Assembly (NCBI GenBank): GCA_049609665.1
Contig: JBMYYT010000022.1
Location: forward strand, 1 to 17,975
Direction: 5' to 3'
From: Flavobacteriales bacterium
Lineage (GTDB): Bacteria; Bacteroidota; Bacteroidia; Flavobacteriales_D; CAJJDF01
DNA: 17,975 bases
Under the pieces are notes generated by a model. The model was not told where the DNA came from and did no database searches. It saw only the letters and a program-made list of their open reading frames with translations. Below, piece by piece: positions 1-8,769 of this stretch (within the stretch, counting starts at the first letter, position 1; the number at the start of each line of letters is the position of its first letter). Made by a program: the position numbers and the translations under genes.

Positions 1-930
1 ATTCCAACTGTAGATGCAGGAAACGATACGAATCTTTGTATTAATTCTACTTTTACGTTAAGCGGTTCTGGAGCAACTTTATATACTTGGAATCATGGTG
101 TAACCAATAATGTTCCATTTACTCTATCCACAACAAGAAGGTATGTAGTTACAGGAACAGATGCAAATAACTGTTCAGCTTCAGATAGTGTATTAGTTGT
201 AGTAAACAACTTGCCAATTGTGAATGCGGGTGTTGATCAAGAGATATGTAACAATACTTCTGTGACACTTTCTGGTTCTGGTGCAAGTACCTACACTTGG
301 GATAATGGCGTAACGAATAACGTTGCTTTTTCTCCTTCCTCAACTACAATTTACACTGTTACAGGAACAGATCTAAATAATTGTTCGGATACGAATCAAG
401 TTATCGTTAAAGTGAATCCTTCACCAACCATTAATGTTTCTCAAAAATTAGATGAATTATACGGAAATGATGGATTGATAAATGTTTCAATTACTGGAGG
501 AACTCCACCTTTTAAATACGATTGGGATAATGATGGAACAGGTGATTTTGATGATACAGAAGACTTGTCTGGATTGAGTACAGGAAGCTATTTATTAACT
601 GTAAAAGATACCAATGGATGTGAGGATACTACTCTGTTTAGGATTTCTTCCTTTGTTTTTGTGGATGAAAACACAAAAATTGAAGTGACTGTTAGTTTAT
701 TTCCAAATCCAACAAATGGTAGATTCAATGTGAAATTAAGTAGTCCAATTGATGAATCTATAAGGCTGACTGTGTTTGATTTAAGAGGTAAATTGATTTT
801 TCAAGAAAATCTAAATCCAATGGAAGTGAACAAATCCATTGATATCGGGAATGTGAGTGCAGGGACTTATGTTCTTCATGTTCAGAACTCGAAGATGGAC
901 AAGACGATCAAGTTTACTAAAACCAACTAA
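1..930 (+). CDS. T9SS-secreted cell-surface repeat protein (adhesin-like), 5'-truncated by window edge; tandem Ig-like repeats, an SprB-type repeat and a C-terminal T9SS sorting domain
   Basis: Frame 1 is open from base 1 (IPTVDAGNDTNLCINSTFTLSGSGATLYTWNHGVTNNV...) and runs into the listed 211..930 ORF, so the N-terminus lies outside the window. Two near-identical ~70-aa repeats have the pattern P[TI]V[DN]AG.D..IC.N[ST]..TLSGSGA..YTW..GVTNNV...TT.Y.VTGTD.NNCS. The motif GGTPPFKYDWDNDG is typical of SprB-type repeats. The C-terminus (LFPNPTNGRFNVKL...AGTYVLHVQNSK...IKFTKTN) matches the T9SS type-A CTD pattern. Confidence 0.75.
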   Translation: MPTVDAGNDTNLCINSTFTLSGSGATLYTWNHGVTNNVPFTLSTTRRYVVTGTDANNCSASDSVLVVVNNLPIVNAGVDQEICNNTSVTLSGSGASTYTWDNGVTNNVAFSPSSTTIYTVTGTDLNNCSDTNQVIVKVNPSPTINVSQKLDELYGNDGLINVSITGGTPPFKYDWDNDGTGDFDDTEDLSGLSTGSYLLTVKDTNGCEDTTLFRISSFVFVDENTKIEVTVSLFPNPTNGRFNVKLSSPIDESIRLTVFDLRGKLIFQENLNPMEVNKSIDIGNVSAGTYVLHVQNSKMDKTIKFTKTN

Positions 931-932
931 AA

Positions 933-968
933 ACCATTGAGAGGAGATGAATTATTCATCTCCTTTTT
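933..968. terminator. Bidirectional rho-independent terminator between convergent genes
   Basis: Hairpin GGAGATGAAT / ATTCATCTCC with U/A runs on both sides (ccattgagaggagatgaattattcatctccttttttatt). It sits between the + adhesin gene, whose stop ends at 930, and the - OMP gene, which ends at 972. Confidence 0.7.
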
Positions 969-971
969 TAT

Positions 972-2048
972 TTAAAAAGCTTCTCCAATCGTAATGTAAA
1001 ATTGAAACCCCTCATAACTATGAGCTACATCTGCTCTTAAATGAGAAAGTTGTTTTTTGTTGAGTTGGAATCTCAACCCTGCTCCGTAAGAGAATTTTTG
1101 TGGATTAGAATACAAATCCGAATAGGTATTTGAAACAGTTCCCAATGAGGTAAAGGCACAACCTCTTAATCTTTTGTAAATTGGAAAACGATATTCAGCT
1201 TGAAATAGGTTGAGGTTATTATCCAAAAACCTTCTGTCGTCAAATCCTCTGGCATTTTTTCCTGAAGAGAGATAAAAATAGTTGTAAAATGGAGAGTTTC
1301 CTATCTGTGAACCAGTTGTAAAATTTAAGGCAAGAATATGATTGTCTGCTAATTGGGTATAGTAGCTTGCGTTAAGTAAAACACTCCAATAATCAAAATT
1401 AGAGAAAGTAAAGTTACTGCTATTATCAATTTTCAAAGTGGCAAAAATCCCTTTTGAAGGATAAAAGATATCATTTCGAGAATCATAAGTGAGTTCAACT
1501 CCAAGAGTGCTCAATAAACCTCCATTAAATCCTTTAGGTTTAAGTTTTGTTAGTAAACTATCCGTCTTTGGGATTTTAAATTTATCAAAACGATAACTAA
1601 TTCCAGCTAAAAAATTATCCGTAAATCGATAGGAAACTGTAGAGATTATTCTTGGATAGTTAGCATCATAAAATTCTAAGTTATCTTTTGAGGAATTAAT
1701 TCCAATCCCATAAAAATTATAGAAATACCGATAATATCCAACCTCTCCATTTATTTTCCAATTTTGGTTGAGGTATAATTCATAAGGTGCAAAAATGAGT
1801 AACTGTTTCTTTAAAGTATAAGCAATGCCAAGTTGAACTTGGGATTTTCTCCAGCTTTTTTCTTCTCCAATGTTAAAAATTGTTTGTCCTAATCCACCAA
1901 ATGCCAGTCCAGTTTCAGGAAGGAAAAAGGCGATTGGAAATGCACTAATACTAAAATCGTCTTTTGGATTATAGAAAGAATCTGTTTGCGAAAATCCTTT
2001 AAAAAAAAGAAATAAGGAGATGAATAACAAACAATACTTTCGCGACAT
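972..2048 (-). CDS. Outer-membrane beta-barrel protein with signal peptide (Omp85/surface-antigen-like or porin-like; family not resolved)
   Basis: The N-terminus MSRKYCLLFISLFLFFKGFSQ is a signal peptide. The sequence is rich in alternating aromatic and Gly residues (YRF, GxGxN). The C-terminal residue is Phe (...ITIGEAF), typical of beta-barrel OMPs. Confidence 0.55.
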   Translation of the reverse strand: MSRKYCLLFISLFLFFKGFSQTDSFYNPKDDFSISAFPIAFFLPETGLAFGGLGQTIFNIGEEKSWRKSQVQLGIAYTLKKQLLIFAPYELYLNQNWKINGEVGYYRYFYNFYGIGINSSKDNLEFYDANYPRIISTVSYRFTDNFLAGISYRFDKFKIPKTDSLLTKLKPKGFNGGLLSTLGVELTYDSRNDIFYPSKGIFATLKIDNSSNFTFSNFDYWSVLLNASYYTQLADNHILALNFTTGSQIGNSPFYNYFYLSSGKNARGFDDRRFLDNNLNLFQAEYRFPIYKRLRGCAFTSLGTVSNTYSDLYSNPQKFSYGAGLRFQLNKKQLSHLRADVAHSYEGFQFYITIGEAF

Positions 2049-2068
2049 ATTTATAGATGTATCTTATT

Positions 2069-3100
2069 TTAGGATAAGGTACTTAATAAAAAATAAACCA
2101 ATCCACTAAATATTGCTGCAATTGGAAGAGTTAGAACCCACGATACAAGAATTTTTTTTACCACTCCAAAGTTTGCCTTTCTTGTAATTGTGCCAATTCC
2201 GAATATAGAACCTATTGAAACGTGTGTGGTTGATACAGGCATTCCATGAACACTTGCGGTTGTTACAAGAAGACCTGTAATTAGGTTTGCGGTAAAACCT
2301 TGACCGCTATTCATTGGCGTGATTTTTTCACTTATTAATTTTCCAACTTTTTTAGCGTTAAGTAAACCCCCAATGGCCATTGCAACAGCAACTGATATCA
2401 TTCCAATTCTGATATCTAAGTGATTAATAATAAGCAATAAACCTACAATTTTTGGAGTGTCATTGAGCCCACGAGCAAAACTTACGATTCCAGAACTAAG
2501 GAAATGCAACACATCCAATATCTTTTGATTTTTTACTCCAAAGGTTTCACCTAAATATTTTTCATCGGCTACGGTTTCATTTTCGCTTGGTACGGTCTTT
2601 TTTATGTTGGATTTTTTTCTAAGTTGAGTAAATATAAAATAGACAACGAGCGCTACTACAGCTGCCATCAGTGGGCTGGCAATAAGTGGAAATAAAAATT
2701 TATCTATTAATTTTCCAAAATCAAACCCTGAACCAACCGCAATAACTCCAGCTCCAAACAATCCTCCAACTAAACTATGAGTGGTAGAAATAGGCATTCC
2801 TATTTTAGTTGCTAAAAAAACTGTAATTGCCGCTCCTAAGGCAATTGAAATCGCAAATTCGGGGGATGTTTGCAATAATTCATCAGGAACTAAGCCTTTT
2901 CCTGAAAAATTCTTAACTAATTCTCCTGCTAAAAATATAGCGGTAACTGAACCAGAAAAAGTTGTAATAGTAGCCCAGTTTATAGCGTTTTTGTAAGAAG
3001 TTGTTTTGCTTCCAAAGAGCGTTGCTACTCCTTTGAAATTGTCATTGGCACCATTGCTGTAAGCTAACATAAGCGCAACAATAAATAGAATTATCATCAT
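2069..3100 (-). CDS. Inorganic phosphate transporter, PiT (PHO4) family-like permease
   Basis: Polytopic membrane protein with two repeated G-x-N-D motifs (SNGANDNFKGVATLFGS near the N-terminus and FARGLNDTPKIVGLL in the second half), as in PiT-family internal repeats. It carries a hydrophilic central loop. Confidence 0.55.
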   Translation of the reverse strand: MMIILFIVALMLAYSNGANDNFKGVATLFGSKTTSYKNAINWATITTFSGSVTAIFLAGELVKNFSGKGLVPDELLQTSPEFAISIALGAAITVFLATKIGMPISTTHSLVGGLFGAGVIAVGSGFDFGKLIDKFLFPLIASPLMAAVVALVVYFIFTQLRKKSNIKKTVPSENETVADEKYLGETFGVKNQKILDVLHFLSSGIVSFARGLNDTPKIVGLLLIINHLDIRIGMISVAVAMAIGGLLNAKKVGKLISEKITPMNSGQGFTANLITGLLVTTASVHGMPVSTTHVSIGSIFGIGTITRKANFGVVKKILVSWVLTLPIAAIFSGLVYFLLSTLS

Positions 3101-3274
3101 AAGTTAATAGTTTTAGAGAGTTAAACGTGTTTAATTCTAATACTTACGAATAAAAAGTAAAATTGGATTTTTATTCAAAATAATATTATGCGAATAGAAA
3201 GTTTTAAATTTTGAGCATACCTAAATAATCAATAAATTAGATGAATATAAATCATCAATTAATAGAAAAAAATC

Positions 3275-3838
3275 ATGAGTTATTTATTACCCTTAGGAAT
3301 TTTAGTACTTGTCTTAATTATCGTTATTGGAATGTATAACAGCCTTGTAGGTCGAAGAAATCAAGTTCGAAATGCATTTAGTTCGATAGATGTGATGCTG
3401 AAAAAAAGGTTTGATTTATTGCCTAATTTAATTGAAACTGTGAAACAATATGCTGGGCATGAAAAAGAAGTGTTACAGAATATAGTAGAATTAAGAAATG
3501 GATTGCAAAAGTCAGATTTATCGAGTGGAGAAAGAATTGAGATGGAGAATAAACTGACAAGTCAAATTAGTGCTTTGAACCTAACAGTTGAAAATTATCC
3601 AGATTTGAAAGCAAACGAAAACTTCTTGAATTTACAACGAAACTTGACCGAGATAGAAAGTCAACTTTCTGCTTCACGAAGAACTTATAATGCCTCTGTA
3701 TTAGATTTGAATAACGGATTAGAAAAATTCCCTTCCAATATCATAGGAGGGATGTTTGGATTTGAAAAAGAAACCTTTTTTGAAATTGCCTCTGCAGAAA
3801 GAGCTAACATTGATGTGAAAGATGCTTTTAACAACTAA
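3275..3838 (+). CDS. lemA: LemA family protein
   Basis: N-terminal TM helix followed by YNSLVGRRNQVRNAFSSIDVMLKKRFDLLPNL...YAGHEKEVL...ENYPDLKANENFL..LQ..L, the characteristic LemA pattern. The start ATG is 3 nt from an upstream stop and has an A-rich context. Confidence 0.85.
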   Translation: MSYLLPLGILVLVLIIVIGMYNSLVGRRNQVRNAFSSIDVMLKKRFDLLPNLIETVKQYAGHEKEVLQNIVELRNGLQKSDLSSGERIEMENKLTSQISALNLTVENYPDLKANENFLNLQRNLTEIESQLSASRRTYNASVLDLNNGLEKFPSNIIGGMFGFEKETFFEIASAERANIDVKDAFNN

Positions 3839-3840
3839 TT

Positions 3841-4731
3841 ATGTTGTTTGAGAATGATTCGCTGATAGACAGTGAAATAGAAAAAATAAACGCTCAAAAG
3901 GAACTGGGGAAAACGACTGCTAAAAAAGCATTTCGTATTACCTTACCCATTGGAATTGCTCTGGGTATTTTGGTATTTTATTTTTCATTAGGGGCCTTTT
4001 TTTATTTTGTGGTAGTGCTTATTTTGTGTATTCCACTCATTATAAAGTCTTATCTTAATATTGGATTGATTTCAAATTTTAAAGAGAAAATTGTAGCCTC
4101 CACCTTGTCAAAAATTTATCCTAAATTAACTTATTCTCCCGCCAAAAGAATGTCTCAATCTGCTTTTGAAAGTGCTAATTTATTTGATATAGCAGATCGA
4201 TACAAAGGGGAAGATTTGGTAGAAGGGATGCACAAGAAAACGGCTTTTTCTTTTTCGGAGGTTCATGCAGAAGCGAAACACAAAACTAAGAATGGCACTT
4301 CCTATTCTACTATTTTCAAAGGTTTGTTCATGGTAGCTGATTTTAATAAACACATTAAAAATGAGACTTATGTGTTAACCTCTGGGGGTAAGTGGTTTTC
4401 AAAATTTAAGCGAGTGAAATTGGAAAACCCTGTTTTCGAAAACAATTTCAATGTATATAGCGATAATCAAGTGGAGGCACGTTATATATTGACTCCTGCT
4501 CTGATGGAGAAAATAATAGGATTAGAGGAAAAATACAATTCTCAATTATACATGTCCTTTATTAAAACCAAAGTATACATCGCATTAAAAACTACTCACA
4601 ATTATTTTGAGCCCGATTTAAGTGACGAAGTGAGCAAAGAAACTCTGCGTGAAGTGATTAAGGAAATTGAAGAATGTATTGGGATTATTGATGAGCTGGA
4701 TCTTAATACGCGAATCTGGACAAAGGAATAA
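3841..4731 (+). CDS. LemA-associated membrane protein (DUF3137-like; family assignment tentative)
   Basis: Starts 3 nt after the lemA stop, so it is probably co-transcribed. It has two TM segments (ITLPIGIALGILVFYFSLGAFFYFVVVLILCIPLII) followed by a soluble domain. LemA genes are commonly paired with such a partner. Confidence 0.55.
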   Translation: MLFENDSLIDSEIEKINAQKELGKTTAKKAFRITLPIGIALGILVFYFSLGAFFYFVVVLILCIPLIIKSYLNIGLISNFKEKIVASTLSKIYPKLTYSPAKRMSQSAFESANLFDIADRYKGEDLVEGMHKKTAFSFSEVHAEAKHKTKNGTSYSTIFKGLFMVADFNKHIKNETYVLTSGGKWFSKFKRVKLENPVFENNFNVYSDNQVEARYILTPALMEKIIGLEEKYNSQLYMSFIKTKVYIALKTTHNYFEPDLSDEVSKETLREVIKEIEECIGIIDELDLNTRIWTKE

Positions 4732-4735
4732 TAAT

Positions 4736-5869
4736 TTATTTAAGCTTTAAGCCTAATTTGTATGCCTCAATTAACATTTCATCCAAATCAGCATCTCCTT
4801 GGTTGGAAAGAATAATAGCTCCCACTTTGGTTGATCTATTAAAAGCCATTACTGTAGAAACTCCTTGTTCACCTCCATCATGGCCCCATAGACCATTCTC
4901 AGCATCAAGTTCAAACAAGTGTAATCCTATTTCGTTGTTAAGAGAAGGAATTTGTTTTGTGAGCATTTGGTTTATAACTGAAGAAGATAACAGCTGATGA
5001 TTATTAGAACTTCCACCATTTAGTAACGCCTGTATTAATTTATGTAGATCTAAACTGGTAGATCGTAGACCACCATTGGGATAATCAGTAAAAGTATAAT
5101 GTCCTATGGCTTCGTACCTTCCTAATCTATAATTATAAGGTTGAACTATTGGTTTTGAAATTTCATCTAATCTCCAGAATGAATTAGTCATTCCTAAGGG
5201 AGAGAAAATATTTTGTTTACAATACGCATTAAAGTCTACACCTGAAATTTCTTGCACTAACAATCCAATCAGGGCATTCCCTACATTACTATATTCATAA
5301 TTAGTACCTGGAGCAAAATCATGAAAGTTATCATTAGCATCGTAGTATCTACCGGATGGCACCAAATAATCCTGTAAGAAAGAAGAAAGAGAAATAGGAC
5401 TATCTATACCGTAATAATATTGATTATCTAATTCACTCCCATCATCTATTCCCGAAGTATGAGTTAGCAGCATTCTAAAAGTAATATCTTGACTGTGGTT
5501 AGGAATTGATACACTAAAAGGTAAATGATCGTTTATTTTATCATCAAGTAAGAATTTACCCTCTTCGTGGAGTTGCAGCAGTGCAATTGCTGTAATCACT
5601 TTGGAAATAGAGGCAAGTAAAAAAGGGTGGTCATTTTTAAGGGATATATTTTGTTGTAAATGTGTTTTTCCCAACAGGTTTTGGTACAAGATTTCTTCCT
5701 TGCTGAATAATAAAACTGACATGGCAGGGATCTTTTGAAAATCCATTTCGTCCTCTAAATATTGGGTAAATTCTTCAATATTAGATATTTCAACTACTTC
5801 CTTTTTACAATTACTTAGAGTAACTAAAACCAGCAAGGCTATAAATGAGGTATACAATAATTTTTTCAT
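4736..5869 (-). CDS. Serine hydrolase, beta-lactamase / penicillin-binding-protein-like family (class C type)
   Basis: Signal peptide or lipoprotein-like N-terminus (MKKLLYTSFIALLVLVTLSNC). It has an S-x-x-K active-site motif (LLASISKVITAIALLQL), a Y-x-N-like motif (YEYSNVGNALIG) and a C-terminal H-D-G-G (KTG-box-like) region, typical of the beta-lactamase fold. Confidence 0.75.
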   Translation of the reverse strand: MKKLLYTSFIALLVLVTLSNCKKEVVEISNIEEFTQYLEDEMDFQKIPAMSVLLFSKEEILYQNLLGKTHLQQNISLKNDHPFLLASISKVITAIALLQLHEEGKFLLDDKINDHLPFSVSIPNHSQDITFRMLLTHTSGIDDGSELDNQYYYGIDSPISLSSFLQDYLVPSGRYYDANDNFHDFAPGTNYEYSNVGNALIGLLVQEISGVDFNAYCKQNIFSPLGMTNSFWRLDEISKPIVQPYNYRLGRYEAIGHYTFTDYPNGGLRSTSLDLHKLIQALLNGGSSNNHQLLSSSVINQMLTKQIPSLNNEIGLHLFELDAENGLWGHDGGEQGVSTVMAFNRSTKVGAIILSNQGDADLDEMLIEAYKLGLKLK

Positions 5870-5954
5870 CTTTTTCTTTCAGGTTAAACGCTAACTCTTT
5901 TTTATATGTTGCTTGAATCATTTAAAAATAGATAAAAAAAGAATGTTTAATAAT

Positions 5955-6755
5955 TTATTTAAGTTGAATGTGAATGTGGTCATCATGTCTTACAGAGCCA
6001 CAACCATGATAACGAATTCGAGAATCTTTTAATTTTAGTCTTTGTTTTAAGTGGGGTTCAATAAATATTTTGCCTAATTTTTTATGTTTTAAAATAGCTT
6101 TTATCAATTGTTTTGTTCCTATTTCTGAGAAAGTAAGCTCGTTATTTATTCTCCCAAAAGTCATATATTTAGGATAGTCATATTGAAAATAACCATTGTT
6201 TTTGCAAAATGATATTTGATCTTTTTCATTTTTAGTTGGTCCAGCAAATACTCCATATCCACTCATAGATTTTTTAAGATTTGTTATTTCACCATCTAAG
6301 CTTTTATAGACTAAACTGATGTCAAGCTTTTTTCCATCATTATGACTCAAGTGAGGCGGAAGAGGGAATTTATCAATAAAAGGAAAGTTTGCATCTAAGT
6401 ATTTAATTTCGATTTTAGTGTCTTCTAATCTTTTTGAAGTTTGGTTTAAAAACTCATTCATTTCTGGGCGAACATAATTTCGGTTAAGAATAACTGTCAT
6501 GTAGTTAGTAGCAGAAATATTAGCTGTGTGTTTAATAGGTTCTCTTCCAAAAAATGGAGCTAACAATGGAACAACTAAGAAAGTGAATAGGAGGTAAGAG
6601 CACAAGAAAATAAGTGATGTTTTAAATTTGATTTTCTTTTTTATCTTTCTGGAAATAAATAAACTAAGTAATAAAACAATACCACCAATTTGAGTTAATC
6701 CTGTCAGGAATAGAAATAGCAGGAGCAATCCAATTATGTATAAAAGCTTTTTCAT
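5955..6755 (-). CDS. Membrane-anchored penicillin-insensitive murein endopeptidase (MepA / peptidase M74, LAS-type)-like protein
   Basis: Two N-terminal TM helices. The C-terminal region matches the two metal-binding motifs I recall from E. coli MepA. LSHNDGKKLDISLV corresponds to GGHASHQTGLDVDIFL (H-x-x-G-x-x-[LV]-D-[IV]). KIFIEPHLKQRL...RHDDHIHIQL corresponds to RIFVNPAIKQQL...HRAHMHVRL (H-x-x-H-x-H-[VI]-x-L). The match is from memory, not from a search. Confidence 0.5.
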   Translation of the reverse strand: MKKLLYIIGLLLLFLFLTGLTQIGGIVLLLSLFISRKIKKKIKFKTSLIFLCSYLLFTFLVVPLLAPFFGREPIKHTANISATNYMTVILNRNYVRPEMNEFLNQTSKRLEDTKIEIKYLDANFPFIDKFPLPPHLSHNDGKKLDISLVYKSLDGEITNLKKSMSGYGVFAGPTKNEKDQISFCKNNGYFQYDYPKYMTFGRINNELTFSEIGTKQLIKAILKHKKLGKIFIEPHLKQRLKLKDSRIRYHGCGSVRHDDHIHIQLK

Positions 6756-6769
6756 CAGTTAAGTTTAAA

Positions 6770-6813
6770 CAAAAAAATCCATGCAGTATTGCTACCGCAT
6801 GGATTTTATTTTT
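6770..6813 (-). terminator. Rho-independent terminator of the SPFH gene (minus strand)
   Basis: 8-bp stem ATCCATGC / GCATGGAT (6777-6784 and 6797-6804) with a 12-nt loop. On the minus strand it is followed by a U-run, the complement of aaacaaaaaaa at 6770-6777, ~80 nt downstream of the SPFH stop. Confidence 0.7.
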
Positions 6814-6893
6814 GGTTCATATATTTTTTGTCACATTGAGTGATTTTTCGAAATGAAATGAAGAAAAATTGTATCGAAATGCGACAAAACTCT

Positions 6894-8000
6894 CTATGTT
6901 TTAACAGAAAAAATTTCTTTTAGTTGTTTTACCATACCACCGTTTCCAGTAACTGATATTTCACCAATTTTATCGGCAATTTTTTCTACGTATTCCATCT
7001 CTTTCAGCTGCATCAGCATTGGGTTGTCTTCCATTAGCTTGGCTGTGTTCAACAAACTTCTTGTTTGTGCAGTTTCTTCTCTTCGAGTAATGGTGTTCGC
7101 TTGTGCTTTTTTCTGAGCAACCAATACCTGGTTCATAATTTCTTTTACATCACCCGGTAAGATAATATCTCTGATTTCAGCCTGAGATACTTTTATTCCC
7201 AGGTATTTAGCTTCATTCTCAACCATATTCAAGATCTTATCGCTCATCTCAGATTTGTTTTCCAAAAGCTGATCTAAAGTGAATTGACCAATATAAGCAC
7301 GCAATTTAGTTTGTAGCAATACGTAAAGCATTTTGTCAAATCCTTTGTTGTCCAACAATGCTTTTTTAATATCTACAATAGAATATGTCGCATCCAAGTT
7401 GATTCTTAAATTTGCTTTGTCTTGAGTCAAAATTTCTTGACCATTTACTTCCAAGATTTGCTGACGTAAGTCTGCAATTTTAAGTTCAATCTTGTTGTTG
7501 TTTCGCCAGAAGTTGTAAAAACCACTTTCCAGTTCTTTTACGAATCTACCATCTACGATAAGTAAAGCTTTTTCGTTTGAAAGCACTTCGTATTTTAGCA
7601 TATAGTTGGTAAGTACGATATTAGTTAGCATCAAATCGGCAAGTTTTTTAGGCACTTCCAATTCAGAAGTATCTACTTTCTTGTATTCAATTTTCATTGG
7701 ATTTTTCCAGAAAACGTAGTTTCCTTTTGAAATTACTTCTTTGAATAAACCATTTTCATATTTGAATAAGAGTTCATTTTCTTTTACCTCATATTTGTTA
7801 ACGAGGTTTTCAAGAGTTTCATCTTCAAACAGCAATTTCTGTTCGTTTGTTAGATTCAAAGGTGCAAGAATGTTGTAGACTCTTACATCTTCTTTCCATT
7901 TTACCCAATATTTCTGACCTTCGGTTAATACTTTAACCAATTTCTTGTCTTTTGTAACCAAGGCAACTTGGTATGTTTTTATAGTTATTAATCGTATCAT
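6894..8000 (-). CDS. SPFH / band-7 (stomatin-prohibitin-flotillin-HflK/C) domain protein
   Basis: 368 aa. The central and C-terminal region (...KALLDNKGFDKMLYVLLQTKLRAYIGQFTLDQLLENKSEMSDKILNMVENEAKYLGIKVSQAEIRDIILPGDVKEIMNQVLVAQKKAQANTITRREETAQT...) fits the SPFH fold plus a coiled-coil tail. The start has an A-rich context (caaacaaaATG). The gene lies immediately downstream of, and co-directional with, the tRNA-like array. Confidence 0.7.
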   Translation of the reverse strand: MIRLITIKTYQVALVTKDKKLVKVLTEGQKYWVKWKEDVRVYNILAPLNLTNEQKLLFEDETLENLVNKYEVKENELLFKYENGLFKEVISKGNYVFWKNPMKIEYKKVDTSELEVPKKLADLMLTNIVLTNYMLKYEVLSNEKALLIVDGRFVKELESGFYNFWRNNNKIELKIADLRQQILEVNGQEILTQDKANLRINLDATYSIVDIKKALLDNKGFDKMLYVLLQTKLRAYIGQFTLDQLLENKSEMSDKILNMVENEAKYLGIKVSQAEIRDIILPGDVKEIMNQVLVAQKKAQANTITRREETAQTRSLLNTAKLMEDNPMLMQLKEMEYVEKIADKIGEISVTGNGGMVKQLKEIFSVKT

Positions 8001-8159
8001 TTTGTTTGTTTTTTTATGTTTTAAAATTGTTGTTTTTATTAGTTAATGGATACAAATCCTTGATTCATCTCATTACGGACGGAAGTCAATGTTTCTATTT
8101 TCTGAATTCAGTTTTATTATCAAAAAGGAAAATAAACTTTAGTAAAGTATATTTCTGTT

Positions 8160-8320
8160 TAAGTTAATTCGTCTGAACCAAGACTATATTGCCAAAGACT
8201 TTCAAGTCGCCAACCAGATTGTTTTTCTTGCACAATGAACGGAACAAGAATCACCGAATCAAGAGTTTGAATTCCATAGTTTAAGGGCAGTTTTTAGACT
8301 GCGTTACTGAGCTATCCCAT
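8160..8320 (-). pseudogene. Degenerate tRNA-like remnants (5'-GTTCCGT start motif, anticodon-arm-like and D-loop-like pieces; no intact cloverleaf)
   Basis: The minus-strand reading contains GTTCCGT, which is the 5' acceptor of the Glu-type tRNAs further right. It also contains a D-loop-like GGGATAGCTCAGTAACGC and a GCAGT-CTAAAA-ACTGC hairpin. No canonical T-arm is present. Confidence 0.3.
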
Positions 8321-8324
8321 TTTA

Positions 8325-8430
8325 CATCGGGAGATGGAATCGAACCACCGTCACATACATTATCAGTGTATTGCTCTACCGTTTAGTCATACATTAGAAG
8401 TGTATTGCTTTTCCATTTAGCTATCCCGAT
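8325..8430 (-). ncRNA. tRNA-Ile(GAU)-like, 105 nt, with a ~40-nt internal duplication or insertion in the D-loop region that creates a second anticodon-like hairpin (UCU)
   Basis: Minus-strand RNA parses as follows. Acceptor 5' strand ATCGGGA, then UA, then GCU. Next comes an insert carrying the hairpin ATACA-CUUCUAA-UGUAU. Then AACGGUAGAGC, A, the anticodon arm ATACA-CUGAUAA-UGUAU (GAU), variable GUGAC, T-arm GGTGG-TTCGATT-CCATC, acceptor 3' strand TCCCGAT and discriminator G. The acceptor strands ATCGGGA / TCCCGAT pair perfectly. The segment GCAATACACTnnTAATGTATG occurs twice in tandem. Confidence 0.45.
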
Positions 8431-8431
8431 T

Positions 8432-8500
8432 TCTCGGGAGCAGGACTCGAACCTGCATCGACTTGTTCTATTACTCTAACCAACTGAGTTAAACTTCAAT
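8432..8500 (-). pseudogene. Truncated tRNA-like gene: D-arm and T-arm/acceptor are present, the anticodon arm is deleted, and the acceptor strands do not pair
   Basis: Minus-strand RNA reads ...UUUAACUCAGUUGGUUAGAGU-AAUAGAACAAGUCGAU-GCAGG-UUCGAGU-CCUGC-UCCCGAG-A. Only 16 nt separate the D-stem from the T-stem, so there is no room for an anticodon arm. Confidence 0.4.
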
Positions 8501-8525
8501 TAGAAGTTATCGGATTTGAACCGAT
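8501..8525 (-). pseudogene. Orphan tRNA 3' fragment (T-arm ATCGG-TTCAAAT-CCGAT plus acceptor), with no matching 5' half downstream
   Basis: Plus strand reads agaagtt-ATCGG-ATTTGAA-CCGAT. No complementary acceptor strand, D-arm or anticodon arm lies within ~90 nt. Confidence 0.35.
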
Positions 8526-8769
8526 GCCCTTTGAACATGAGATTTATGGATATTCTCGAACCTTCAAATCAAGTTGAATACAAATGCATCATCCAACGAA
8601 TTGGAAAGACTTGTACAATAGTGCTATACTGAAACACCCAACAGGACTTGATTGATATCTTGACTCTTACGAGTTATATTTTAAAGAACGAACGCCATTT
8701 CTTAATGACAATTCAAAGTAAAAGAACTACTACGCAATTAATTTACGTAGTAATTTTTTTTAAAATTAG

